Of a stretch of DNA of 64,000 nucleotides, positions 1 to 10,099 are shown piece by piece; position 1 is the stretch's first letter, and each line of letters starts with the position of its first letter. Origin of the DNA: Candidatus Omnitrophota bacterium. GTDB taxonomy: Bacteria > Omnitrophota > Gorgyraeia > Gygaellales > Profunditerraquicolaceae. Under the pieces are notes generated by a model. It had not been told where the DNA came from, did not search any database, and worked only from the letters and a program-made list of their open reading frames with translations. The DNA is taken from positions 6,242 through 70,241 of the forward strand of contig WOZK01000030.1 of assembly GCA_011620275.1 (NCBI GenBank), written 5' to 3'. A program made the translations under genes and the position numbers.

Positions 1-1055
1 GCCAGCGAAAGAAAAAACCTCTGCCGCGCCCCGACTTTTACTTCCTCCTCTACCACTTCTGGGAAATATCCTTTGCCGCGCATTGCCTCGCTGACCAAAA
101 GCGCCATACCCTGCGACTGGCGCAGGTGCCCGGCTTTTCCGTCGCTAAGAATAAGAACGCGGCGCTGCCTGCCGTATTTCCACACTTTGTACAGCCAGAG
201 GTATTCCCGCGGCGCCGAGGTTATGAGTTTTTCGAAAATCAGCGTTAATCCCTGCAGGTTTTCCCTTATATCTTTTTCACTGTCCCCGCTGCGTTTAACC
301 TCCAGCGGCCCGAGAAGCCGGATCCTGGTATAAGGCCCGCGCAGGCGCTCGTAGAATACCGGGATGACCGCCGCGCCGTATTTCATCGCAATCTTAACGA
401 CGCCGGCCGACATGGAGGCCTCCCTGCCGAAAAAATCCACCCGGATACCGCCGCGGCCGCCCTGGTCGGTGCTTATACCTACCGCCTCGTTCATACGCAG
501 CACCTCAAGCAGCCTGCGCAATTCCTGCCCGCGCTCGATTATCCGGCAGCCTTTTTGCCTGCGGTATCCGTTAAGTAATTTCCCCAGCAGAGGATATCTT
601 TGTTCCCTGACAAAAAGGTTAAACGGCAGACCGAGGACGGCGCATATTATGTTGGAAAGCTCCCAGTTTCCTTCATGTACTCCGGCCAGTAGAACGCCCT
701 TGCCGGCGGCGAAGGCCGCGCGCAGATTCTCCATACCTTCTACGGTTATATACTTGCGCAGATATTCCTCGTCTATCAAAGGAATGAGAAAAAGCTCGGC
801 CAGGTTCTGTCCGTAGCAGCGGTAGAACCCGCGGCATTCCTTTCTTATTTCCTCCGGCCAGAAACGGTCACCCAGAGCGGTCCTGATGTTGTCGTACACC
901 TTCGCCCTGTGGCCGCGGTCGAGGACATAAAAAACGTCTCCCAGAAAAGCGCCTATCTTCAGACACTCTTCCGGCGGCAGCAGCCTGAACAACGGCCCCA
1001 GCGCCTTAAGAACGGTATATGCCAAGCAGTCTATCGCGTAATCTTTGATCGTCAT
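1..1055 (-). CDS. Lipid A late acyltransferase (LpxL/HtrB family) fused to an ELM1/GtrOC1-like domain; runs off the left edge
   Basis: Manual translation from ATG at 1055: MTIKDYAIDCLAY...GVHEGNWE...STDQGG...PREYLWLYKVWK, then RRVLILSDGKAGHLRQSQG with no stop before base 1; follows lpxK. Confidence 0.85.
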   Translation of the reverse strand, partial: MTIKDYAIDCLAYTVLKALGPLFRLLPPEECLKIGAFLGDVFYVLDRGHRAKVYDNIRTALGDRFWPEEIRKECRGFYRCYGQNLAELFLIPLIDEEYLRKYITVEGMENLRAAFAAGKGVLLAGVHEGNWELSNIICAVLGLPFNLFVREQRYPLLGKLLNGYRRQKGCRIIERGQELRRLLEVLRMNEAVGISTDQGGRGGIRVDFFGREASMSAGVVKIAMKYGAAVIPVFYERLRGPYTRIRLLGPLEVKRSGDSEKDIRENLQGLTLIFEKLITSAPREYLWLYKVWKYGRQRRVLILSDGKAGHLRQSQGMALLVSEAMRGKGYFPEVVEEEVKVGARQRFFLSL

Positions 1056-2061
1056 CGTTCTCAAACTCCAATTCTATGCGCATCACCCATATCCCGGCCG
1101 GAGGCCTCCTGTCATACAGAACGGACAGCCTGGCGGCGTCCTTCTCGGTCGTGACCACCGGCCTGCCGCGGCCGCCGGCGATGATCGCCTCTATCTCGCG
1201 TCTGCCGTAAAAATAGTGGTCCGGGAATCTGCGTGCGCCGGTTATGCGCGCGCCCGTATTCTCCAGACTCTGTTCGAAAGAGCGTGGAACTGCTATGCCG
1301 GAAAAGACAACGACGTCTTTCCCGGAGAAAAATCCCGGCTCAGTAATCACCCCAGCCGCTTCTCCGGATACCGGATAAAAACCGGCTACCCGATGATTGC
1401 AGCAGAATATGCAGGCGCGCGGATTAAGGAAAGATAACCTCTTTTTAAGAAGTTCCTTCTCCTCCTCTTTTTCACAGCGTGTCAAAACAAATATATCCGC
1501 CCTTTTCAGGGCCGATAACGGTTCACGCAGCATCCCGGCGGGTATTACCCGGCCGTTGCCGAAAGGATTACCCGCATCCACGGTCACTATATCCAGGTCT
1601 TTACTTATGCCCCACTGCTGAAACCCGTCGTCAAGGATAAGCGTATCCGCGCCCCGCGTCTCCATTGCTTTGCGGGCGGAACGCAGCCTTTTTTTGTCGG
1701 TAAGTACCGGTATTAACGGCATCCGGTTCTGCAGCATCAAAGGCTCATCCCCGACGGAGAACCCGCCGGAAGCGCCGTATCCCCGGCTCAATACCGCGGG
1801 ATTGTGGCCGCTACGTTTAAGAAACAAAGCGATGAATTCCACCAGCGGGGTCTTCCCGGTGCCTCCCCAGGTGATATTCCCCACGCTGATGACCGCGCAA
1901 GACAGTTTCCTGCGCCGCGCTGAACGCAGAAAAGAAAGCAGGCCGATACAGCCGGAATATAACCAGGAAAAAGGCGTAAGCAGCCCGGTGATGACCGCGG
2001 CAGTGAAGCCTACGCGCCGCGCCTCGGCTATGGAACGCAGATAATCTGCGGATATCCTCAT
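1006..2061 (-). CDS. lpxK: Tetraacyldisaccharide 4'-kinase
   Basis: VISVGNITWGGTGKTP, LSRGYG, GDEP, LDDGFQ, PAGMLREP, TTEKDA motifs. Confidence 0.97.
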   Translation of the reverse strand: MRISADYLRSIAEARRVGFTAAVITGLLTPFSWLYSGCIGLLSFLRSARRRKLSCAVISVGNITWGGTGKTPLVEFIALFLKRSGHNPAVLSRGYGASGGFSVGDEPLMLQNRMPLIPVLTDKKRLRSARKAMETRGADTLILDDGFQQWGISKDLDIVTVDAGNPFGNGRVIPAGMLREPLSALKRADIFVLTRCEKEEEKELLKKRLSFLNPRACIFCCNHRVAGFYPVSGEAAGVITEPGFFSGKDVVVFSGIAVPRSFEQSLENTGARITGARRFPDHYFYGRREIEAIIAGGRGRPVVTTEKDAARLSVLYDRRPPAGIWVMRIELEFENDDDQRLRDRLLGIYRS

Positions 2062-3344
2062 ATACCTTTCCCGTTCACAAGTAGCGCTACGGCGTCCAGC
2101 GTGCGCAGTCCTGCCCCGCGGTGCCTGTCTATTACTCCACGGGCCTTCCTGCCGGCTTCCGCCGCCCAGCCGGGATGATCTAACAGTTCCGTCCAGGCCT
2201 GCGCCAACTGCCCGGTGCCGCCTACGTTTATACAGGCATCATCGCGCGAGAATATGGATATTATCTCACGAAAGTTGAATGTGTAAGGGCCGCAAAGCAC
2301 CGGTTTAGACCAGCTTGCCGGTTCTATGATATTGTGCCCGCCTCTCGGCACTAGGCTGCCGCCCACGAATACCGCGTAAGCTGCGCCGTAATAATCGAAT
2401 AATTTCCCCACGCTGTCCAGGACAAAAACCGCTTTGCTGTCTTCCCGCCCGTCTCCGCCGCCTTTCTCCAGCTCCGAGACCATGACCGCATAGAACCCTC
2501 GCGCCCGCAGCAGGCCGGCGACCTCTACGGCGCGGCGGGGATGCCTGGGCGCCAGCAGCAGGCGCACGTGCCGTCTTCCTGCCGCGGCAGTTTCATACGC
2601 CCTCAATACAAGCTCCTCTTCACCTTCATGTGTGGACCCGGCTACAAGAAGACGTTCTTCCTCTCCCAGCCCCAGGGTCAGCCTGCAGGCGCCCGCGGCC
2701 GCCACCGACACTGAAGATATACCGACGTCAAACTTCAGGTTCCCTGTGACTTTTATTCTGTCGTTCTCCACCCCCAGGGAAACAAGCCTTTCGGCATCTT
2801 CTTCGGTCTGCACGCAGAAAAATCCGATCTTACGCAGCAGCGGAGCAAAAAGCACCTTCAGCCTGGCATAGCCGCGCAGCGAACGGTCCGAGATCCTCCC
2901 GTTAATCACCGCTGCCGGTACCCCGTATGCGTGCAGCGCGCTCAAGAGGTTCGGCCAGAACTCCGTTTCCGCCGCCAGGAAAAGCCTAGGCCGCATGCGC
3001 CGCAATACCGACCGCACAACCAGGCTGAAATCGAAAGGGAGATAAATGACGACGTCCTGCGGCTGCGCGAAGGAACGCGCCACCTGGTTACCGGTCGGAG
3101 TAACCGTGGAAAAAACCATCTGCACTCCCGGATAACGTCCGCGCAGCCCGGAAACAAACTCCTTAACCGCCATTGCTTCTCCCACGCTTACCGTGTGTAT
3201 CCATATCGGGGAGTTGAAGACGATCCCCTTAGGCATTATACCGAGCCTGCAGAGAAAGCCTGAATGCAGTTTCCTTTTTACCAGGTAAACCGGGAGAAAG
3301 AAAAGAAAGATCAGAAAAAATATGAGGTCGTAGAAAAAAGCCAT
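2058..3344 (-). CDS. waaA: Kdo transferase
   Basis: WIHTVSVGE, ETEFWPN, GNLKFD, AGSTHEGEE, APRHP, GGSLVPRGGHNIIEPA. Confidence 0.97.
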   Translation of the reverse strand: MAFFYDLIFFLIFLFFLPVYLVKRKLHSGFLCRLGIMPKGIVFNSPIWIHTVSVGEAMAVKEFVSGLRGRYPGVQMVFSTVTPTGNQVARSFAQPQDVVIYLPFDFSLVVRSVLRRMRPRLFLAAETEFWPNLLSALHAYGVPAAVINGRISDRSLRGYARLKVLFAPLLRKIGFFCVQTEEDAERLVSLGVENDRIKVTGNLKFDVGISSVSVAAAGACRLTLGLGEEERLLVAGSTHEGEEELVLRAYETAAAGRRHVRLLLAPRHPRRAVEVAGLLRARGFYAVMVSELEKGGGDGREDSKAVFVLDSVGKLFDYYGAAYAVFVGGSLVPRGGHNIIEPASWSKPVLCGPYTFNFREIISIFSRDDACINVGGTGQLAQAWTELLDHPGWAAEAGRKARGVIDRHRGAGLRTLDAVALLVNGKGI

Positions 3345-3356
3345 ATTTTTCCCTTC

Positions 3357-4229
3357 CTATGCCCTGGGATGGGCCTTGTCGTAAACCGCCTTCAGGCGTT
3401 CGGTGGTAAGATGCGTGTATATCTGCGTCGTGGAAAGATTGGCATGCCCAAGCAGTTCCTGCACACTTCTCAGGTCGGCGCCGCGGTTCAAAAGATGAGT
3501 GGCAAAAGAATGCCTCAGGGTGTGCGGAGAAACCCCTTTTTTCATACCGGCGAGCCTGAAATATCCGGCTACCACCATCCGCACCCCGCGGGCCGTGATC
3601 GGGCGTCCCTTTAAGTTAAGAAAGATCTCGTCCCGCAGGGAATTCCTTTTCTCCAGGTAAGCGTTCAGGGCGCGCAGCGCCGGCTCCCCGATGGGAACGA
3701 TACGTTCTTTCCTCCCCTTGCCGAGGACTTTCACCACGCCGCCTATGAAATCCACGGCCGCCAGTTTCAATCCGGAGAGCTCGGAGATACGCATTCCGGT
3801 GCTGTAGAACACCTCGAGTATGGCCTTGTCCCGCAGACGAACGGCTTCATTCTTTCCGGCACCGGGGATGGAATCAAAAAGACGGACCACCTCTTCTTCG
3901 GTGAGGAATTCCGGCAAATGCCGGTCCAGCCGGGGAGTGGAAACCCCGGAAACGGGATTATGCTTCACAAGCCCTTCCCGGCAGAGGAAATTAAAGAACG
4001 ACCGCAGACAGGAAAGCCGCCGCGCGACGCTGCGGGAAGCAAGTTTTTTCTCTTTCAGCGAAGCGAGATATTTCCTTATTTCCAGGTAACCAATCGCACC
4101 CGTCTCCTGCCCGGAGCAAAAAGAAACAAAATCCTGCAGGTCTATCCGGTAATTCAACAGTGTGTGCGGAGAATAATTCTTCTCAATCTCGAGATAACGC
4201 AGAAACCGTTCCACGTACCTGCCCGTCAT
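3357..4229 (-). CDS. xerC: Tyrosine recombinase XerC
   Basis: GMRISEL, GKGRKERIVP, PHTLRHSFATHLL, LLGHANLSTTQIYTH; start placed at the ATG overlapping the topA stop (ATGA); dprA-topA-xerC synteny. Confidence 0.92.
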   Translation of the reverse strand: MTGRYVERFLRYLEIEKNYSPHTLLNYRIDLQDFVSFCSGQETGAIGYLEIRKYLASLKEKKLASRSVARRLSCLRSFFNFLCREGLVKHNPVSGVSTPRLDRHLPEFLTEEEVVRLFDSIPGAGKNEAVRLRDKAILEVFYSTGMRISELSGLKLAAVDFIGGVVKVLGKGRKERIVPIGEPALRALNAYLEKRNSLRDEIFLNLKGRPITARGVRMVVAGYFRLAGMKKGVSPHTLRHSFATHLLNRGADLRSVQELLGHANLSTTQIYTHLTTERLKAVYDKAHPRA

Positions 4230-6190
4230 TTGGTCTCTCCCGGAAGGGTGCTGGAGACGTAGCGGCATTCAGGATAACGGCTGCAGCCGTAGAAAACGCC
4301 CCGGCGGGAATGCCTCTCTATCAATTCCCCCGAGCAGCCGGGCTGTGGGCATTTCACCCCCGTGGTGATGGACTTGGCGTGTTTACACTCCGGAAAACCG
4401 GAACAGCTGAGAAACTTACCTTTCCTTCCCCATTTCACCACCATCGGCTTGCCGCATTTCTCGCAGGCTTCCCCGGTGACGACGACTTCCTTCTTTATAT
4501 CTCCCTGGGCGAAATCCAGGGCCTGCTTGAAAGGCTGGTAGAACTCCTCCAGCACCTGCACGTGGCGCAGTTGACCTTCCTCTATACCGTCCAGTTTCTC
4601 CTCCATGCGGGCGGTAAATTTCACATCCATTATCCCGGGGAAATAACGCACCAGCAGATCGCAGACCTTTCTCCCCAGTTCCGTGGGATGGAAATAACCT
4701 TTAATCCTGCGCACATAATCTCTCAGCAAAAGGGTCTGTATGATGGGAGCATAGGTGGACGGCCTGCCGATGCCCTCTTCTTCCAGAGTCTTGACCAGCG
4801 AGCTGTCGGAGAACCTGGGCGGCGGCTTGGTGAAATGCTGAGACGGATTCAGCCCTCTCAACTGAAGGATATCGCCTTCTTTCAACTCCGGCATCGCCGG
4901 CTGCCCCTCTTCCTGCTCCTCCTCTTTTCTATAGACGGAAAGACAGCCGTCGAAAACCAGCCTGCTGCCTGAGGCGCTGAGGGAATAAACACCGGCATTG
5001 ATTGAGACCGAAGTCACGGAATAACGCGCCGGTGTCATCTGGCTGGAGATAAACCTGCGGTAGATCAGTTCATAAAGCTTGTACTGCTCCGGAGTAAGCA
5101 GATCGCGCAACTGCTCCGGGAATCTGGACACGGCAGACGGTCGTATCGCTTCATGAGCCTCCTGCGCGTTCTTGCGGGACTTATATACATTGGGTTTATC
5201 GGGAAGATATTCCGCCCCGTATTTATCTTTGATAAAATCGCGCGCCTCTTTTACTGCCGAGGCCGCCACGTTCGTGGAATCTGTCCTCATATAGGTTATC
5301 AGACCCACGGGGCCTTCACCTGCGAGATCCACTCCTTCATATAACTGCTGGGCGATCTGCATGGTGCGGCTGGAATTGAACTTCAGCTTGTTGAAACCCT
5401 CCTGCTGCAGAGTGCTGGTAATGAACGGGGGTTCCGGGTTGCGTTTCTTCTCTTTACGCGTTATCGAAACGACCGAGAAAACGCTTTTCTCGAGCTTTTC
5501 TGCGATCCTGTCGGCTTCTTCCTTGTTCTTTATCTCGATTTTCTCCCCGTCCGCTTTATCCAGCTTGGCGGCGAAGTCCGCCCCACCCGGCTTCCCGAGC
5601 AGGGCATCGATCTCCCAATACTCCCTGGGAACGAAACTTTCTATCTGCCGCTCCCTTTCCGCGATGATACGCAGGGCGACCGACTGCACCCTCCCGGCGC
5701 TCAAACCGCGCGCCATCTTTTTCCAGAGCAATGGGCTCAGATAATACCCGACTATCCTGTCCAGCACGCGCCTGCCTGTCTGCGCCTCGATCATGCTGGC
5801 GTCAAACTCGCGCGGATGCTCGAACGCGTTCTTCACCGCCTGCGGGGTGATTTCGTGAAAAACAACACGAAGTATTTTTTTGCCCGCCGGGAGCCTCTCC
5901 TTTATATGCCATCCGATGGCCTCACCCTCCCGGTCCGGATCGGTGGCCACATATACTTCCTGGGAACCGGCCGCCTCTTTCTTAAGTTTGCTCAAGAGCG
6001 ACTGTCTTGATTTCATCACCACGTAACGCGGGACAAAACCGTTATCGACGTCCACTCCGAGCTGGCGTTGCGGCAGATCTATAAGATGGCCCATCGAGGA
6101 AGTAACGGAAAACCCCTCCCCGAGTATCCTGCCGATCGTTCTTGCTTTGGTTGGAGACTCGACTATAACCAGCTTCTTGCCTGATTTCAT
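4226..6190 (-). CDS. topA: DNA topoisomerase I
   Basis: IVESPTKA, ATDPDREGEAI, SAGRVQS, ITYMRTDS, QEAHEAIRP, GIGRPSTYA, C-terminal zinc ribbons. Confidence 0.98.
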   Translation of the reverse strand: MKSGKKLVIVESPTKARTIGRILGEGFSVTSSMGHLIDLPQRQLGVDVDNGFVPRYVVMKSRQSLLSKLKKEAAGSQEVYVATDPDREGEAIGWHIKERLPAGKKILRVVFHEITPQAVKNAFEHPREFDASMIEAQTGRRVLDRIVGYYLSPLLWKKMARGLSAGRVQSVALRIIAERERQIESFVPREYWEIDALLGKPGGADFAAKLDKADGEKIEIKNKEEADRIAEKLEKSVFSVVSITRKEKKRNPEPPFITSTLQQEGFNKLKFNSSRTMQIAQQLYEGVDLAGEGPVGLITYMRTDSTNVAASAVKEARDFIKDKYGAEYLPDKPNVYKSRKNAQEAHEAIRPSAVSRFPEQLRDLLTPEQYKLYELIYRRFISSQMTPARYSVTSVSINAGVYSLSASGSRLVFDGCLSVYRKEEEQEEGQPAMPELKEGDILQLRGLNPSQHFTKPPPRFSDSSLVKTLEEEGIGRPSTYAPIIQTLLLRDYVRRIKGYFHPTELGRKVCDLLVRYFPGIMDVKFTARMEEKLDGIEEGQLRHVQVLEEFYQPFKQALDFAQGDIKKEVVVTGEACEKCGKPMVVKWGRKGKFLSCSGFPECKHAKSITTGVKCPQPGCSGELIERHSRRGVFYGCSRYPECRYVSSTLPGETK

Positions 6191-6191
6191 A

Positions 6192-7280
6192 TCATATCCT
6201 CGTAAAGTAGCCGCCCGGCAGTTGCCTGATCTTTTTCCTCAATTGCAGCGACAGCAGTAATTCCGCTGCGCGCGCGGCGGATAATCCGGTTTTAAGCGTT
6301 ATTCCCTCTTTGTGAATCTTTCCCCCGCTCATAACATCCAGCACCGCGGCTTCCACGGCCGGTATATCTTCGCCTTTACCGGTACTCTCATTTTTCCCGG
6401 CGTTCTTCTCCGGCCGCAGCAAAGGGAATTCATCGGTTATATCCGAAGGCGAACAAACGATCTTTGCCCCCTGCTGGATCAAAGAATTTGTCCCCCAGGC
6501 ATTGGCAGAATCCACCCTGCCGGGGAGCGCGAAAACCTCCCTGCCCTGCTCCAGGGCGAAATCCACGGTAATCAACGCCCCGCTGTTCCTGGCAGCTTCC
6601 ACCACCAGCACCCCGAGACTCAATCCGCTTATTATACGGTTGCGCCGCGGAAAGTTACGTTTCAGAGGCGCCGTTGAAAGCGGGAACTCCGAAACCACCG
6701 CCCCGCGGGCGGATATCTCATCCACAAGCTTCCCGTTCTCCGGGGGATAAATATCGGCGAACCCGCTGCCCATTACCGCGATGGTCCTGCCGCCGGCCTT
6801 AAGCGCCCCCTTGTGCGCCTGAGTATCTATACCGCGCGCCATACCGGAAACCACACACCACCCGGAAGCCGCCAAATCATAAGCGAACTTCTCGGAACAG
6901 GAAAGGCCGTATAACGACGCCCGTCTGCTGCCCACAACCGCCACGGCAAAACGGTCTTCATCGCGGATTTCGCCCCGCACATAAAGCACAAGCGGATACC
7001 CGGGTATTGAGACGAGGTTAACCGGGTATGCCGGATCCAGGCAGGTGATTATCCCTACCCCCAACGCGGCGGCGGCGGACAATTCCTGCCGCAGCATATC
7101 TTCTTTGAAAGAGCTTATACTCCGCGCGGACGAATCGCTTACCCCAGCGGCAACCAGCTGCGCGCAGGTGGCGGAAAATATCTCCTGAATGGCCGCGAAA
7201 GAAACCGATAAGGCCTTCAGCCGCCTGCTGCCTATATCGGAAACGAGATTAAGCGCTATCAACGCCTCCCTGTCCGTCAC
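6192..7280 (-). CDS. dprA: DNA-processing protein DprA
   Basis: VVGSRRAS, VSGMARGID, FPRRNRIISGLS, VEAARNSGALIT. Confidence 0.97.
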   Translation of the reverse strand: MTDREALIALNLVSDIGSRRLKALSVSFAAIQEIFSATCAQLVAAGVSDSSARSISSFKEDMLRQELSAAAALGVGIITCLDPAYPVNLVSIPGYPLVLYVRGEIRDEDRFAVAVVGSRRASLYGLSCSEKFAYDLAASGWCVVSGMARGIDTQAHKGALKAGGRTIAVMGSGFADIYPPENGKLVDEISARGAVVSEFPLSTAPLKRNFPRRNRIISGLSLGVLVVEAARNSGALITVDFALEQGREVFALPGRVDSANAWGTNSLIQQGAKIVCSPSDITDEFPLLRPEKNAGKNESTGKGEDIPAVEAAVLDVMSGGKIHKEGITLKTGLSAARAAELLLSLQLRKKIRQLPGGYFTRI

Positions 7281-7538
7281 CGGCTTATCCTCCGTGCCAC
7301 TAAAATCCGGCGTTCAAACAAAAGCATTTTACTATCTTTGCCCCCGGAACGCAAAACAAAAGTAAAGAAAGCTTCTGTATCACGTAAGTAAATACTTGGC
7401 AGATCCTCTTGCCTGAGAGCCGGGGACCTATAACCTAAAACCTGTTTCTGAACAGTCCATCCAACATAATAGACGGTATTAAACGGCAATATCTAACAGG
7501 GATTTATGAGCGTTGACGGGTGAGATCTGCGGTTTTGA

Positions 7539-7587
7539 ATGAAGCTCCCCGGGCTGAACAGGCCGGGGATTTTTGCGGTTTGATTAA
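7539..7587 (-). mobile_element. Short IS200/IS605-end-like palindromic element (copy 1)
   Basis: Minus strand TTAAT-CAAACCGCAAAAATCCCCGGCCTGTTCAGCCCGGGGAGCTTCAT; shares its 5' end with copies at 9.4, 29.8 and 44.8 kb. Confidence 0.65.
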
Positions 7588-7594
7588 ACAAAAT

Positions 7595-8173
7595 CTACTT
7601 TTTCTCCTCCTGTCCTCTTACCTTGATTATTTTATCTTCATATAGTTTTTCTATATACGCGGCTGCATCGCCGATTCCCATAGAGGAGGTATCAACGCTC
7701 GCGTCCGCCAGAGCGTAATAGTGCTCACGCTGTTTCAACAATTCTCCTATCCTGGACACCGGATCCGGGACGTTTAACAAAGGGCGGTTGGAAAAGACGC
7801 GGGTTCTCGCATAGATAACTTCCGGGGCGGCGCAAAGGCAAACAAGTATCCCGCGCTGTTTCATCAGGGCGACATTTTCATTATCGATCACTATGCCGCC
7901 GCCGCATGACACCACTTTGCTGTCCGAAAAACAAACATCTATCAACGCCTCTTTTTCCAGCTTTCTGAAGAAAACCTCCCCTTCGGAGGCGAAGATATCC
8001 GGGATACTGCGCCTCTGCCGCGCCTCTATCAGCTCATCCAGATCGACAAAATCCCGCTTCATTCTTGCCGCAAGCGCCCTGCCTACGGAAGACTTTCCGG
8101 TGCCCATGAATCCAACCAGGAAAATGTTATTCGGCCGTCCCTGTATAATATTTTTCTCCCGAGCGCCGCTCAT
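7595..8173 (-). CDS. aroK: Shikimate kinase
   Basis: IFLVGFMGTGKSSVG, GEVFFRKLE, SCGGG, RPLL; start at the ATG overlapping the aroC stop. Confidence 0.95.
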   Translation of the reverse strand: MSGAREKNIIQGRPNNIFLVGFMGTGKSSVGRALAARMKRDFVDLDELIEARQRRSIPDIFASEGEVFFRKLEKEALIDVCFSDSKVVSCGGGIVIDNENVALMKQRGILVCLCAAPEVIYARTRVFSNRPLLNVPDPVSRIGELLKQREHYYALADASVDTSSMGIGDAAAYIEKLYEDKIIKVRGQEEKK

Positions 8174-9213
8174 TTCTTTATCCTTTTGAGATAATCGCGG
8201 TAAGCGGAATTTATGTCCTCCAGACAATCTCCCCCGAATTTCTCCAGGAACGCGCCGGCCAGCACCGCGGCGCAGACCGCCTCACCGACCACCCCGGCTG
8301 CTTCCACCACCGCGACATCGGAACGTTCTACCGCGGCCTTGGCGCTTTTCTTTGTATTTATATTTACGGACTCCAGAGGAACCAGCAGGGTACAAATCGG
8401 CTTCATACATGCGCGCAGGACTATTTCTTCCCCGTTGGATATTCCGCCTTCGATGCCGCCGGCATTATTGCTTTTTCTAAAATATCCCCTGCCTCTTGAA
8501 TATCCGGCAGAGTCATGGCATTTCGAACCGGGTTTATCGGCGTAACCGAATCCCAGGCCGAACTCCACCGCTTTAACTCCGGGAATAGAGATAAATGCCG
8601 CGGCGAGCGCGGCGTCCAGCCTTTTATCGTACTGCGCGTAAGTCCCCAACCCGGCCGGCACACCGGCAACGGAGACTTCAAAAATCCCTCCCACGGTGTC
8701 GCCGCTCTTTTTCGCCCTGTCTATCACGGCCTTAAACGCGGAAATATTCGTCTCTCCGCCTACTTTAAGCACGCGGGAGGTGAACTTCATCCCGAAATAC
8801 TCCAACAGTATGCGGCAGAGTGAACCGGCGGCCACGCGCGCCGCGGTCTCTCTCGCCGAAGCCCGCTCCAGAACGTCGCGAACGTCCCCTAAACCATACT
8901 TGAGCAATCCGGCTAAATCGGCGTGCCCCGGCCTTGGGCAGGCTACCGAAGGCATCCGCTCTATGCTGAAATCCCGGTTCACGATCCTGATAGAGAGCGG
9001 ACTGCCTATAGTCAAGCCTCTGCGCAGGCCGGAAACGATCTCAGCTCTGTCCGTCTCGATCTTCATTCTTCCGCCGCGCCCGTATCCCTGCTGTCTGCGC
9101 CGTAATTGAAAATTTATCTTCTCCGCGTCCACCCTCAAACCTGCGGGCATTCCGTCGACGACCGTTATTAAAGCCCGGCCGTGAGACTCTCCGGCAGTAA
9201 GAAATCTCAACAT
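8170..9213 (-). CDS. aroC: Chorismate synthase
   Basis: [50 protein letters not shown]. Confidence 0.98.
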   Translation of the reverse strand: MLRFLTAGESHGRALITVVDGMPAGLRVDAEKINFQLRRRQQGYGRGGRMKIETDRAEIVSGLRRGLTIGSPLSIRIVNRDFSIERMPSVACPRPGHADLAGLLKYGLGDVRDVLERASARETAARVAAGSLCRILLEYFGMKFTSRVLKVGGETNISAFKAVIDRAKKSGDTVGGIFEVSVAGVPAGLGTYAQYDKRLDAALAAAFISIPGVKAVEFGLGFGYADKPGSKCHDSAGYSRGRGYFRKSNNAGGIEGGISNGEEIVLRACMKPICTLLVPLESVNINTKKSAKAAVERSDVAVVEAAGVVGEAVCAAVLAGAFLEKFGGDCLEDINSAYRDYLKRIKK

Positions 9214-9229
9214 GACATTCCTCCTTAAA

Positions 9230-9447
9230 ATGAAGTTCTCCGGGCTTCAATCCCCGGGTAATCCTAAGGACAAATCCACTCGGAATTTTCGCACGAGCGA
9301 ATACCGAACCTCCCAATTGGTTCGGGTATCACACAGGTGAATACTTTCACACTGGTGAACACCTGCCTCTCAATTAAGGCGGGGTGTTATTCCGATAGGC
9401 CAAAGTAAATCCGGCTTGAAAGCCGGGGATTTCTGCGGTTTGATTAA
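9230..9447 (-). mobile_element. Non-autonomous IS200/IS605-derived (PATE-like) element with two terminal hairpins and a structured interior (copy 2)
   Basis: Minus strand TTAAT-CAAACCGCAGAAATCCCCGGCTTTCAAGCCGG...CCCGGGGATTGAAGCCCGGAGAACTTCAT; four internal hairpins closed by TCGGAAT/ATTCCGA. Confidence 0.65.
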
Positions 9448-9998
9448 TCCTTCCAGAGACCGCGCCGCTTTTCCCTGGCCTCCTTGTAGCGGACGTGCAA
9501 CAGCTCGGCATATTTGACGTTCGGCGAAATAGTCAATAAAGAAGCATACCCGTTGGCGACGATCTCTGCGTTAACGAAAGTCCCATCCGGCAGATAAACG
9601 TAGGCCAAAAGCCTGTTGTATTTATCCCTGCGCTCCACATCGAATTCCAGCCTGACCTTTTTCCCTTCCACGAGCCCGCGGGTGAACGCCGCGGCACTTT
9701 TTCCCATATGTTTGATCGTGCGTACATCCTGCATCGTGCGCTTGGCGTCACGGTAAAGCTTCTTCGACTCGTGGCACTCCGGGGTATCTATACCGATCAA
9801 CCGCACGCGTTCACCATTCTCAAGCAGAAGCGTATCTCCGTCTACCGCGCGTTTAACGATGATATTATTATAATCATACTTTCGCCCCAGAGAAGATAAA
9901 ACGCTCCCTTTCCCGGGATAAGACGAAGCGGCATAAGAAACACCGCAGGCCAGGCATAAAATTGACATTATAAAAACAAGTTTACTGATTTTTCGCAT
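9444..9998 (-). CDS. Exported thermonuclease (SNase-like) family protein
   Basis: Signal peptide; AVDGDT, VRLIGIDTPE, DKYNRLLAYVY, RRGLW. Confidence 0.93.
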   Translation of the reverse strand: MRKISKLVFIMSILCLACGVSYAASSYPGKGSVLSSLGRKYDYNNIIVKRAVDGDTLLLENGERVRLIGIDTPECHESKKLYRDAKRTMQDVRTIKHMGKSAAAFTRGLVEGKKVRLEFDVERRDKYNRLLAYVYLPDGTFVNAEIVANGYASLLTISPNVKYAELLHVRYKEAREKRRGLWKD

Positions 9999-10099
9999 TC
10001 ATTCCCCCTTATAGAGCCCCTCAGACTAAGATCCCGAGGCTACTTTTTCCGGCGAAGCCGATACACAGCGTAATATTCGGCTGTATGATCATTCCCTTA

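Noticed and set aside
3357-4268. Tyrosine recombinase as a prophage or island integrase
   Set aside because: Housekeeping dprA-topA-xerC context with no cargo or att sites
7281-7520. CTCTCAGGCAAGAGGA upstream of dprA resembling a glycine riboswitch 3' end, plus a 70-aa ORF
   Set aside because: The GGAGA and CCGAAG aptamer elements are absent, the context is unrelated, and the ORF lacks an RBS or motifs
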